Source: Candidatus Levyibacteriota bacterium
Lineage (GTDB): Bacteria > Patescibacteriota > Microgenomatia > Levybacterales > UBA12049
DNA: 64,000 nucleotides
Direction of reading: 5' to 3'
Assembly: GCA_003173895.1 (NCBI GenBank)
Contig: PJMG01000021.1
Span: 12,274 to 76,273 of the forward strand
A program made the position numbers and the translations under genes. The notes below the pieces were generated by a model. That model made no database searches and was not told the DNA's origin. It worked only from the letters and a program-made list of their open reading frames with translations. Below are positions 30,259 to 38,262 of this stretch, in pieces; position 1 is the stretch's first letter; each line of letters begins with the position of its first letter.

Positions 30259-32385
30259 ATGCCTTACGTAATTTTATTATTTGTTTCTTTTTTTACTCAT
30301 TTTAGGTGGATTAATAATTTAGCTGTTTTGACATCTGGTGATTGGACAAATTTAGGCATTCAGACTTTAAAAGAATATTTAGCATTTCCATATCTTTGGG
30401 TAAGTAATGGATTTGGTTCAGTGAATATAGGAGCATCCTTTTATCCATTTAATTTAATCTATGGAATTTTAGCACATTTCAATTTAGGATATGGACTTGA
30501 TGAGCGTTTAGTCTTTTTTTGGCCAATTCTTATATTATTACCAATTTCTATTTATATACTTGTTAAAAAAATAACTGGAAATACTTTAGCTTCATTAATT
30601 GGATCTATAATTTATTCATACAATACGTATTTTTTTGAACTTCAAACTGGCCAACTTACACTTCTTATGGCTTGTGCATTATGTCCTTTAGTCTTTTCCT
30701 TTTTTATAGAACTACTTGAAACTAAAAAAATTAAATATTCTATTTATACTGCAATTGTAGGATTTATTGTAAGTTTTTATGAATTTAGAATGTTTTATAT
30801 CCTATGTTGGATATTATTTTTTTACTTAATGTACTATATTATTTTAATTGAGAAAATTCAGAATAAGCAGAAATTAATTAAAATTGTTTTTTTATCAGGC
30901 CTTTCTTTATTTATTATCTTTCTTCTAAATTTTTATTGGATTATTGGACTCTCAAAGACAGGAACTTTAACTTCAAACGCATATTTTAATAGAATTTTAT
31001 TCGGAGACGAGTTCTTAAATATAAATTACGCTATAACTCTTTTTCATCCATTTTGGACAGGAACTAAAACAGCAGTTTTTATAGTTCAAAATATTCCTTT
31101 TTACGTATGGATAATTCCAATATTTGCATTTCTAGGACTATATTTAAATAGGAAAAATAAGCAAATAGTTTTTTTTGGATTTATTTCACTTCTAGGAGTT
31201 TTTTTAACTAAACAAGTTGCTCATCCATTTATAGGAATTTATCCTTTTCTCTATAAATATTTGCCTGGTTTTAACGCATTTAGAGAAGCAAGTAAATTTT
31301 ATTTCCTAATTGCACTTGGATATTCTATCTTAATACCCGCTTTTCTTATATCTATTTGGAAAACATGGAATAAAAATAAATGGCAGAATTATAGTAAATA
31401 TATCATAACTGTTTTAATCACATTAATATTTTTGTGGAATATTAGACCAATTATTGCAGGTGATTTTCAAACAATTTTCACACCTAGAAAAATACCAAAC
31501 GACTATGTTATTCTTAATAACTTTATTTTAGATCAAAACCAATTTTTTAGAACTTTGTGGATGCCTACAGGCTCGCGTTGGTCTACATTTACTAATATAA
31601 ATCCTCAAGTTAATGATATTGATGAAGCCAATGGTAATTGGAATATATACATAAAAAATCATTTAAGTGATAAATTTACATATGGAGATATAGCTGAAGA
31701 AATTTTTAAAATTAAAAACATAAAAAATCTTTTAGATGAATCATCTATTAAATATATTATTATTCCATTGGAAGATAAAGAAAATGATGATAATTTTTTC
31801 CCAGATTTTCATAAGCCTAGAGCTGATTACATTAAAGAATTAAATAGTTTAAAAAACATGAAACCAATAAACATTGGTACAAAAGAACTTATAATATATG
31901 AAAACATTTCATATAAACCACATATATATTTAACTAATAAAAAAGAAACAATTAAAAATAATTTAAATTATAAAACAGTTCAATTCCAATATATAAATCC
32001 AACAGAGTATGATATTCAAATAAAAAATATTAATAAGCCTTTTTATCTTAATTTTACTGATAGTTTCAATCCATCTTGGAAAGTTAGAGTAGGCAAATTG
32101 AATTGGCTTACTAGTTTAATAAATAAAAATTATTTTATAAGTTCTAATTATCATAGTATGACTGATACTGGATATAATTCATTTCTAATTAATCCTAAAG
32201 TTATTTGTAAGACTACACCTTGCAAATTTAATAAGAATGGTACATATGATCTTAATTTAACACTGTATTTTTCTTCCCAGAGTTATACTTACTTTGGAAT
32301 AATTATTAGTAGTTTAACAGCATTCACAATTTTAGGATATTTAATTTTTATTATTTTAAATAATATTTATGAAAAAAATAATTAA
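30259..32385 (+). CDS. large polytopic membrane protein, putative GT-C glycosyltransferase (YfhO-like architecture)
   Basis: 708 aa. It has ~12 N-terminal TM helices, a ~250-aa extracytoplasmic domain and a final TM helix. Confidence 0.35.
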   Translation: MPYVILLFVSFFTHFRWINNLAVLTSGDWTNLGIQTLKEYLAFPYLWVSNGFGSVNIGASFYPFNLIYGILAHFNLGYGLDERLVFFWPILILLPISIYILVKKITGNTLASLIGSIIYSYNTYFFELQTGQLTLLMACALCPLVFSFFIELLETKKIKYSIYTAIVGFIVSFYEFRMFYILCWILFFYLMYYIILIEKIQNKQKLIKIVFLSGLSLFIIFLLNFYWIIGLSKTGTLTSNAYFNRILFGDEFLNINYAITLFHPFWTGTKTAVFIVQNIPFYVWIIPIFAFLGLYLNRKNKQIVFFGFISLLGVFLTKQVAHPFIGIYPFLYKYLPGFNAFREASKFYFLIALGYSILIPAFLISIWKTWNKNKWQNYSKYIITVLITLIFLWNIRPIIAGDFQTIFTPRKIPNDYVILNNFILDQNQFFRTLWMPTGSRWSTFTNINPQVNDIDEANGNWNIYIKNHLSDKFTYGDIAEEIFKIKNIKNLLDESSIKYIIIPLEDKENDDNFFPDFHKPRADYIKELNSLKNMKPINIGTKELIIYENISYKPHIYLTNKKETIKNNLNYKTVQFQYINPTEYDIQIKNINKPFYLNFTDSFNPSWKVRVGKLNWLTSLINKNYFISSNYHSMTDTGYNSFLINPKVICKTTPCKFNKNGTYDLNLTLYFSSQSYTYFGIIISSLTAFTILGYLIFIILNNIYEKNN

Positions 32386-33463
32386 AAAAATTTATAATAC
32401 TAAAAAAGGAAAATATTTTTTAATTCCTTTATTACTTTTTTCAATTTGGGTTTTTTTATCATGTTTATACATAATTTATTTTGATACTAGTCTGTCTGTA
32501 TTATCTTATTACCATAATAAGAATAGTTTTATTAATAATAACTATAATAAATTATTAGCGGGAGAAAAAATTTCAGGCCAATTTAAAGCAGTAGAAAATA
32601 ATTTAGGAATTGTTTCTATTAAGTTTCAGACATTTATAAGGCCACCTTATTTAGATGAAGATACTTTAGTTTTTAAACTTAAAGAAAAGGGAGCTAAAAA
32701 TTGGTATTACCAGAATACATATAGAGATGGATTAATTTATGATGTTCCAATATTTCCATTTGGATTTCCACAAATCTCAAATTCAAAAGGTAAAACTTAT
32801 TATTTTGAAATTAGTTCATTAAATGGTAATTCAGAAAATTCTGTGGCATTAAGTAGTCGCGGACAAATTTTATTTAGTAAATATAAATTTTCTAAAAGTG
32901 TTCTACTACATAATAAAAAAGCATTCGCAATATTTATATTAGAAAAATTTATTAGCGCGATTTTAACTTCAGATATAAGATTTTCATCATTTATTTATCT
33001 TTTACCTTTAATATTCTATTTACTTCTTATGTCCCCAGCTGGGAAGATAATCATTTATCCTACAGCAAAAAAGTTAAATGACATTTCTCTGAAGATAGCA
33101 AATGATCCTTATTTTAAACCTATAGCTAATTCTCTTAAAATTCTACAAAAGATAGTTATTTATAATTTAGAATGGATAATTATTTTTCTGGTTATATTCG
33201 ACATATTTATAACTCAAGTAACTAATGATGTTATATATTTAGTAATAATTTTGTTATGGATATCTGTATTAAAAATTTATAAAATGAATAGCAAAATAAC
33301 TTTTATTTTCGCTTTGATTTTGCTACTAATTCCTCCCATATCCTTTTTGTTAAAAGATTCACCTACAGCAGAAAAAGCAGCTATTTGGGCATATATGTTT
33401 TTAATAGCTGGATTTATTCAGATTTTATTTGAATATAAAAATGGTAAATCAATAAACTATTGA
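32369..33463 (+). CDS. membrane protein, hypothetical (N-terminal anchor, beta-rich ectodomain, C-terminal TM bundle)
   Basis: 364 aa. The start overlaps the upstream gene. Its last ~30 codons are duplicated at ~38160..38262. Confidence 0.45.
   Translation: MKKIIKKIYNTKKGKYFLIPLLLFSIWVFLSCLYIIYFDTSLSVLSYYHNKNSFINNNYNKLLAGEKISGQFKAVENNLGIVSIKFQTFIRPPYLDEDTLVFKLKEKGAKNWYYQNTYRDGLIYDVPIFPFGFPQISNSKGKTYYFEISSLNGNSENSVALSSRGQILFSKYKFSKSVLLHNKKAFAIFILEKFISAILTSDIRFSSFIYLLPLIFYLLLMSPAGKIIIYPTAKKLNDISLKIANDPYFKPIANSLKILQKIVIYNLEWIIIFLVIFDIFITQVTNDVIYLVIILLWISVLKIYKMNSKITFIFALILLLIPPISFLLKDSPTAEKAAIWAYMFLIAGFIQILFEYKNGKSINY
33371..33456 (+). repeat. direct repeat copy 1 (~86 bp, 3' end of the 32369 gene); partner at ~38176..38261
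   Basis: gaaaaagcagctatttgggcatatatgtttttaatagctggatttattcagattttatttgaatataaaaatgg matches the second copy at ~80% identity. Both copies encode AEKA.IW.Y.FLI.GFIQIL.E.KN. Confidence 0.55.
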
Positions 33464-33498
33464 TAAATTTCAGATTATAAAGTTATAATAAAGCGTTC

Positions 33499-34038
33499 AT
33501 GAAAATAGCAGATAAGTTAAAATCCTTTATTGAAGATTTTCCTGATTTTCCACAAAAAGGTATTATTTTTCGAGATATTTCTCCACTCTTAGAGAATCAA
33601 GATGTGTTCGCTACTACAATGAATGCTTTATGCGATAAGGTAAAAGATAAAAAATTTAATAAAATAATAGGTATTGATGCGCGAGGGTTTATCTTCGCTT
33701 CTGCGATGGCTTATAAACTTAAAAAGAGTTTTGTTATTTGTAGAAAACCAGGGAAATTACCAGGAAAACTAATTACACAAAACTATAATTATGAATACTC
33801 CTCAACAGCTATTAGTATACAACAAGATAAACTAAAAAAAGAAGATAAAATTCTTATTGTTGATGATGTTTTAGCAAGTGGAAATACTGCATTAGCAGCA
33901 TATAAAATTGCTCAAAGGAAAGCAAAAGTAGTAGGCCTACTTTTTCTTATTGAGTTATCTAATCTTTCAGGAAGAAAGTATTTATTACAAGAAACTGGAT
34001 TAAAAGATAGTCAGATTCTTAGTATCGCACAGTATTAA
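33499..34038 (+). CDS. apt: adenine phosphoribosyltransferase
   Basis: Carries FPDFPQKGIIFRDISPLL and the PRPP motif LIVDDVLASGNTALAA. 179 aa. Confidence 0.85.
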   Translation: MKIADKLKSFIEDFPDFPQKGIIFRDISPLLENQDVFATTMNALCDKVKDKKFNKIIGIDARGFIFASAMAYKLKKSFVICRKPGKLPGKLITQNYNYEYSSTAISIQQDKLKKEDKILIVDDVLASGNTALAAYKIAQRKAKVVGLLFLIELSNLSGRKYLLQETGLKDSQILSIAQY

Positions 34039-34041
34039 AAT

Positions 34042-34692
34042 ATGAAAATAGTATTTGCTTTGGCAATGGATTATGAAATTGAAAATATATTTGTCTTAAA
34101 TGAATGGGTATTAATAGAAGAGAAGCCATTCAAAATATATTGTCTAAAAAAAAATAAAGACATGGGTCTTATAAAGACAGGTATTGGAAAAGTGAATGCT
34201 GCTGCAGCAATTCAATATGTTCTTGGGAAAGGAACTCTTAAGAAGATTATTAATCTAGGATTAGTCGGTTGTTTAAACAAGAAAATGAAAATCGGGGAGG
34301 TACGAAGTATTTCTCAATCACGTTTTTTTGATATTGACGTGAGAAGTTTTGGATATGCTCTTGGGCAAATTCCCAAATGTACTATAGTTAACTATCCTTT
34401 TCCTCCAAACCAAGTACAACTCCCTTTAGCAAAAATTATTTCAGGAGATTCTTTTGTTGCTAACCAAAACGATCTTAAAGAGATAATAGAATTATTCCAT
34501 CCGGATTTTATTGATATGGAAATAGGTGCTATTGCGCATACTTTATATATCAATGACAAACTTAATATTTTGGAAAGTTATAAAGCTCCGTCAGATTATG
34601 CGGACGGCTCTGCAAAAAACGATTTTTATGAAAATGAAAAACAAGCGTTTAAAAATTTAAGATCGTTAGCATCTAAATTATTGACTGAATAA
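34042..34692 (+). CDS. mtnN: 5'-methylthioadenosine/S-adenosylhomocysteine nucleosidase
   Basis: KTGIGKVNAAAAIQ, FGYALGQIPKC, ISGDSFV and DMEIGAIAHT align with E. coli Pfs (SGIGKVAAALGAT, FGYEYGQLPGCP, VSGDAFI, VEMEATAIAH). Confidence 0.8.
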   Translation: MKIVFALAMDYEIENIFVLNEWVLIEEKPFKIYCLKKNKDMGLIKTGIGKVNAAAAIQYVLGKGTLKKIINLGLVGCLNKKMKIGEVRSISQSRFFDIDVRSFGYALGQIPKCTIVNYPFPPNQVQLPLAKIISGDSFVANQNDLKEIIELFHPDFIDMEIGAIAHTLYINDKLNILESYKAPSDYADGSAKNDFYENEKQAFKNLRSLASKLLTE

Positions 34693-34715
34693 TATGTCCA
34701 TGATATTCTCCTCCC

Positions 34716-35729
34716 ATGAGAGAAGGTATCACTTTTCAAATAGGTCCTCATTCAGCAGATCGTGATCATACCTTAATGACTGGTGGGACTCTGTCCGAGT
34801 TAAAAATTCTTCGTTCTACTGAGGGTATTTCCCTTGCTCATTACTTACTACCAGGAATTGATACACATATTTCTCGTCTAGACGCAGGTTTACACACGCT
34901 CGAACATATGTTAGCTTATTCTACAGACACTGGTAGCCTTCGTACTCAAATTGAACAACTAACGGGAAATAAGGAAATAGCTCAATGCATTATTGATGTT
35001 TCTCCTTATAGAGTAAGTGAAGGAATATTTGGATTTAGAGTTACCTCTGTAATTCCCTTGGATAAAGATGTTCTCACGACAGCATATGCACACAGTCTTA
35101 CGACAGGTACTAAATACATTTTAAAAGGGGGAAAGCCTCCTTTTGCAACTCCGAAACAATGTGGTCAATATGATTTGCATAGCAATGAAGCTGCTCTAAA
35201 AATAATTCATTCAGCTCAAGAAAAACTTAATACTGGACTAACTGCACTAGATATTTCTTCTCCAAGACCTGCTGCTTCCATAATTACTGTTGGAGATTTG
35301 CGTCTAATTAGGCCCAAAGCTACAGATGCACACACACAACGAACTTTAAGACCAGATGTAAGTCATATAATTTCACAACTTATGGAGCAATTTGCATATC
35401 TTAGTTTACCTAACCCAGAAAATGGGAGAAGATTAGCATTTGGAGTATATGGTTGTATGACAGGCGACTATGCAATGACGCTTGATATTCCACTCGATGT
35501 AGCGCATGTTGCAATTGCCCGAGTACTTTCCCAGCTTACACCATTAAAAAATAGCTCTAATCCTAATGTTCGTTTTATAGGAGAAGATGCTGCTTTTTGT
35601 CTTGATCATATTCATGAGTATTCTCCTGATACATATGAACATGCAATGGATCTTGGAAGTTTACCATTTGATGTAAATAAGGAACTAGAGCACGTTGGGA
35701 CTATACGTAGGAAACCAACTACTTTGTAA
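34716..35729 (+). CDS. LuxS-like protein, tandem internal duplication (two S-ribosylhomocysteinase-like halves fused)
   Basis: Half 1 carries DHT, GLHTLEHM (HxxEH metal motif), IIDVSP and KQCGQYDLHS, which match LuxS. Half 2 carries IITVGDLRL, GVYGCMTG and FCLD, matching LuxS from residue ~30 on but with HxxEH degenerated to HIISQ. Amino-acid composition is atypical and raises local GC to ~40%. Confidence 0.55.
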   Translation: MREGITFQIGPHSADRDHTLMTGGTLSELKILRSTEGISLAHYLLPGIDTHISRLDAGLHTLEHMLAYSTDTGSLRTQIEQLTGNKEIAQCIIDVSPYRVSEGIFGFRVTSVIPLDKDVLTTAYAHSLTTGTKYILKGGKPPFATPKQCGQYDLHSNEAALKIIHSAQEKLNTGLTALDISSPRPAASIITVGDLRLIRPKATDAHTQRTLRPDVSHIISQLMEQFAYLSLPNPENGRRLAFGVYGCMTGDYAMTLDIPLDVAHVAIARVLSQLTPLKNSSNPNVRFIGEDAAFCLDHIHEYSPDTYEHAMDLGSLPFDVNKELEHVGTIRRKPTTL

Positions 35730-35748
35730 TTGTTGTTTCTTAGAAAAA

Positions 35749-35780
35749 ATAAGATTTTATATAATCTATAAGATTTTATA
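35749..35780 (+). repeat. 13-bp direct repeat ATAAGATTTTATA x2 (19-bp spacing) in intergenic region
   Basis: Exact copies were read at 35749-35761 and 35768-35780, upstream of the C-methyltransferase gene. Confidence 0.5.
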
Positions 35781-35830
35781 AAAGTAAATAATAGGTAAAT
35801 ACTTGCTTGTATAAATTGATAATATAAATA

Positions 35831-35839
35831 TGTTATACT
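35831..35839 (+). promoter_or_regulatory. extended -10 element TGtTATACT positioned ~9 nt upstream of ATG (near-leaderless)
   Basis: TGnTATACT ends at 35839. The ATG is at 35849 and there is no Shine-Dalgarno sequence. Confidence 0.35.
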
Positions 35840-35848
35840 TTTAAAAAT

Positions 35849-37129
35849 ATGAATTTAAAATATCCTAAATATCATTTTATTAAGACTGGATATATTAAAA
35901 ACTGCCAAGTTTGTAATTCAAATAAAATTCATAAAATTTTAGATTTAGGATATCAACCACTATGTGATTCTCTTTTAACAGAAGAAATGTTAAAACAACC
36001 AGAAATGACCTATCCTCTCAGAATGATGTGGTGTGAAAATTGTACAAATGTTCAAATTGATTATTGTGTAGATGGAAAAATTGTATATGCTCCTACATAT
36101 CCATATAGATCTGGAATCACTAAAGAACTTGCTGTTTATCAAAAAAATATAAGTAAATCTGTTATAGAAAAATATAATTTAAAACCAGAGGATTTAGTAA
36201 TAGATGTTGGATCTAATGATGGTACTTTGCTAAGTGGGTTTAAAAAAGAAGGCCTTAAAATTCTTGGTGTAGAACCCACAAATATTGCAAAAATTGCAAA
36301 AAAGAATGGAATTACTACAGTTCAATCATTTTTTGATATTAAAACTTCTAAAATAATTAAGAAAAAATATGGATTGGCATCAGTAATAATTACTACAAAT
36401 ACTTTTGCTCATATGCAAACATTGGGAGAATTTATAATGGGAGCTTATAATTTATTAAAAAAAGATGGCGTATTTATAAACGAAACACATTATCTTCTAG
36501 ATGTTATTAATGGAGGGCAATTTGATACTATTTATCATGAACATCTAAGAACATATTCTTTAAAATCTTTAATAACATTATTTAAACCATATGACTTCAC
36601 AATCACAGACGTAGAAAGGGGAGATAGATATGGTGGTAATATACGCATTCATGCCACAAAAGGAAAAGGAAGAAAAGTAAGTAAGAAAGTAAAAGAATTA
36701 TTAGAATTAGAAGAGAAATTTGGATTAGATAAATTAGAGACGTATGAAAAATTTGCTTCAAGAGTTAAAAAAGCACGTATTAAATTTATGAATTTTTTAA
36801 TCTCTTCAAAAATGAAAAATAAAACAATAGTTGGAAATTCTTCTCCAGGACGGTGTTCTACTTTATTAAATTATTATGGAATTGATACAGAACTTATACC
36901 ATATTTAGCTGAGCAACCTACATCATTAAAATTAGGAATGTATTCACCTGGTAAGCATATTCCCGTGGTTAATAATCAAAGACTTATTAATGAGCAGCCT
37001 GATTATGTAGTACTAATGGCGTGGCATTATGCAAAACCGATTATGGAACAATTAAAAGCTCGTGGTTTAAAATCAGATTTTATTATCCCCTTACCAGATT
37101 TTAAAATAGTCAAAAATTCAGAAGTGTAA
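35849..37129 (+). CDS. NDP-sugar C-methyltransferase-like (Zn-ribbon + class I SAM MTase + C-methyltransferase C-terminal domain; TylCIII/EvaC-like)
   Basis: The N-terminus has CxxC...CxxC (CQVCNS...CENCTN). A SAM motif (VIDVGSNDGTLL) follows, then a C-terminal domain of the family that methylates NDP-4-keto sugars. Confidence 0.6.
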   Translation: MNLKYPKYHFIKTGYIKNCQVCNSNKIHKILDLGYQPLCDSLLTEEMLKQPEMTYPLRMMWCENCTNVQIDYCVDGKIVYAPTYPYRSGITKELAVYQKNISKSVIEKYNLKPEDLVIDVGSNDGTLLSGFKKEGLKILGVEPTNIAKIAKKNGITTVQSFFDIKTSKIIKKKYGLASVIITTNTFAHMQTLGEFIMGAYNLLKKDGVFINETHYLLDVINGGQFDTIYHEHLRTYSLKSLITLFKPYDFTITDVERGDRYGGNIRIHATKGKGRKVSKKVKELLELEEKFGLDKLETYEKFASRVKKARIKFMNFLISSKMKNKTIVGNSSPGRCSTLLNYYGIDTELIPYLAEQPTSLKLGMYSPGKHIPVVNNQRLINEQPDYVVLMAWHYAKPIMEQLKARGLKSDFIIPLPDFKIVKNSEV

Positions 37130-37130
37130 A

Positions 37131-38138
37131 ATGTTAAAAATAGGTATAATTGGTTCAGGTTTTGGACTTTATGGTTTACTACCTGCTTTTAAGTCATTGA
37201 ATAATTGTTCAGTGGTTTCAATATGCTCAAGTAAAACAAAAAGGTTATTAGATTATTGTGAAGAAATAAATTTAAAAAATATCTATACAGACTGGAAGTT
37301 AATGTTAGATAAGGAAAAATTAGATGCTATTGCTATAGCAGTGACTCCTAACGCACAATATGAAATTGCTAAAGTAGCAATTAAAAAAAATTTACATGTT
37401 TTTTTAGAAAAACCTCTTTCAGCTAACATAAATCAAGCAGAAGAACTTTTAAAATTGGCTCAAAAAAATAAGGTTATTACAGTAGTTGATTTTATTTTTC
37501 CAGAAATAAATGAATGGATAGAGGTTAAAAAGATGTTAGATAAAAAAACTTTTGGAACTGTAAATAATATCTCTGTAAATTGGGAATTTTTAAGTTACAC
37601 TCTTAAAAATAAACTATCTTCTTGGAAAATGGATATTAATGAAGGTGGTGGAGCATTATCATTTTATTTTTCACATGTTCTCTATTACTTAGAGTATTTT
37701 ATAGGTGAGATTTTAGATTTAAAAAGCTTATTCACATATTCAAACGAGAGTAAAAATAATGGGGATGTAGGTGTAGATTTTCTAATTAAATTTAAAAATA
37801 ATATTAATGGTAATGCGCATCTTAATTGTAATGTTATGGGTATAAATAAACATCAACTAATTTTTGAATGTTCCAAAGGGACTATTATTTTACAAAATGA
37901 AAATAATAGCCTAGTTGATTTTTCCATAAGAGCTTTTGATTTAAATTCTGAAAAAAAAATTGACTTTTTTAAACAATGTGTTAACTCTAAAAACGAAGAT
38001 GAAAGAGTCGTAATTGTTAGAAAGCTTGCTCAAAAGTTTATAAATGCTTGTATAAATAATCATGAAGTAACTCCGTCTATAAAAAATGGTTTTAGAGTAC
38101 AATTTCTCATAGATAAGATACGAGCAAATAAATTTTAA
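37131..38138 (+). CDS. Gfo/Idh/MocA family NAD(P)-dependent oxidoreductase
   Basis: Carries LKIGIIGSGFGLYGLLPAF...VFLEKPLS (Rossmann plus EKP motif). 335 aa. Confidence 0.7.
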   Translation: MLKIGIIGSGFGLYGLLPAFKSLNNCSVVSICSSKTKRLLDYCEEINLKNIYTDWKLMLDKEKLDAIAIAVTPNAQYEIAKVAIKKNLHVFLEKPLSANINQAEELLKLAQKNKVITVVDFIFPEINEWIEVKKMLDKKTFGTVNNISVNWEFLSYTLKNKLSSWKMDINEGGGALSFYFSHVLYYLEYFIGEILDLKSLFTYSNESKNNGDVGVDFLIKFKNNINGNAHLNCNVMGINKHQLIFECSKGTIILQNENNSLVDFSIRAFDLNSEKKIDFFKQCVNSKNEDERVVIVRKLAQKFINACINNHEVTPSIKNGFRVQFLIDKIRANKF

Positions 38139-38159
38139 ATTATGAAGAAATCACTACTT

Positions 38160-38262
38160 AAAATAAGCCAAAAGCTGAAAAAGCTACTATTTGGTCATAC
38201 ATATTTCTAATAACAGGATTTATTCAGATTTTATTAGAACATAAAAATAATGCTAAAAGCTA
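38160..38262 (+). pseudogene. start-less ~33-codon remnant duplicating the C-terminus of the 32369 gene (coordinates approximate, +/-2)
   Basis: The remnant translates to NKPKAEKATIWSYIFLITGFIQILLEHKNNAKS*, compared with SPTAEKAAIWAYMFLIAGFIQILFEYKNGKSINY* at 33360-33463. It is preceded by an in-frame TAA and has no start codon. Confidence 0.5.

Noticed and set aside
34716-35729. Local GC jump (~40% against a ~27% background) as evidence of recent horizontal transfer of the LuxS-like gene.
   Set aside because: Third codon positions remain A/T-biased as in the host. The GC rise comes from amino-acid composition (Ala/Thr/His/Pro/Gly/Arg-rich, Lys/Ile/Asn-poor), so recent transfer is not supported. 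Ancient acquisition is not excluded.
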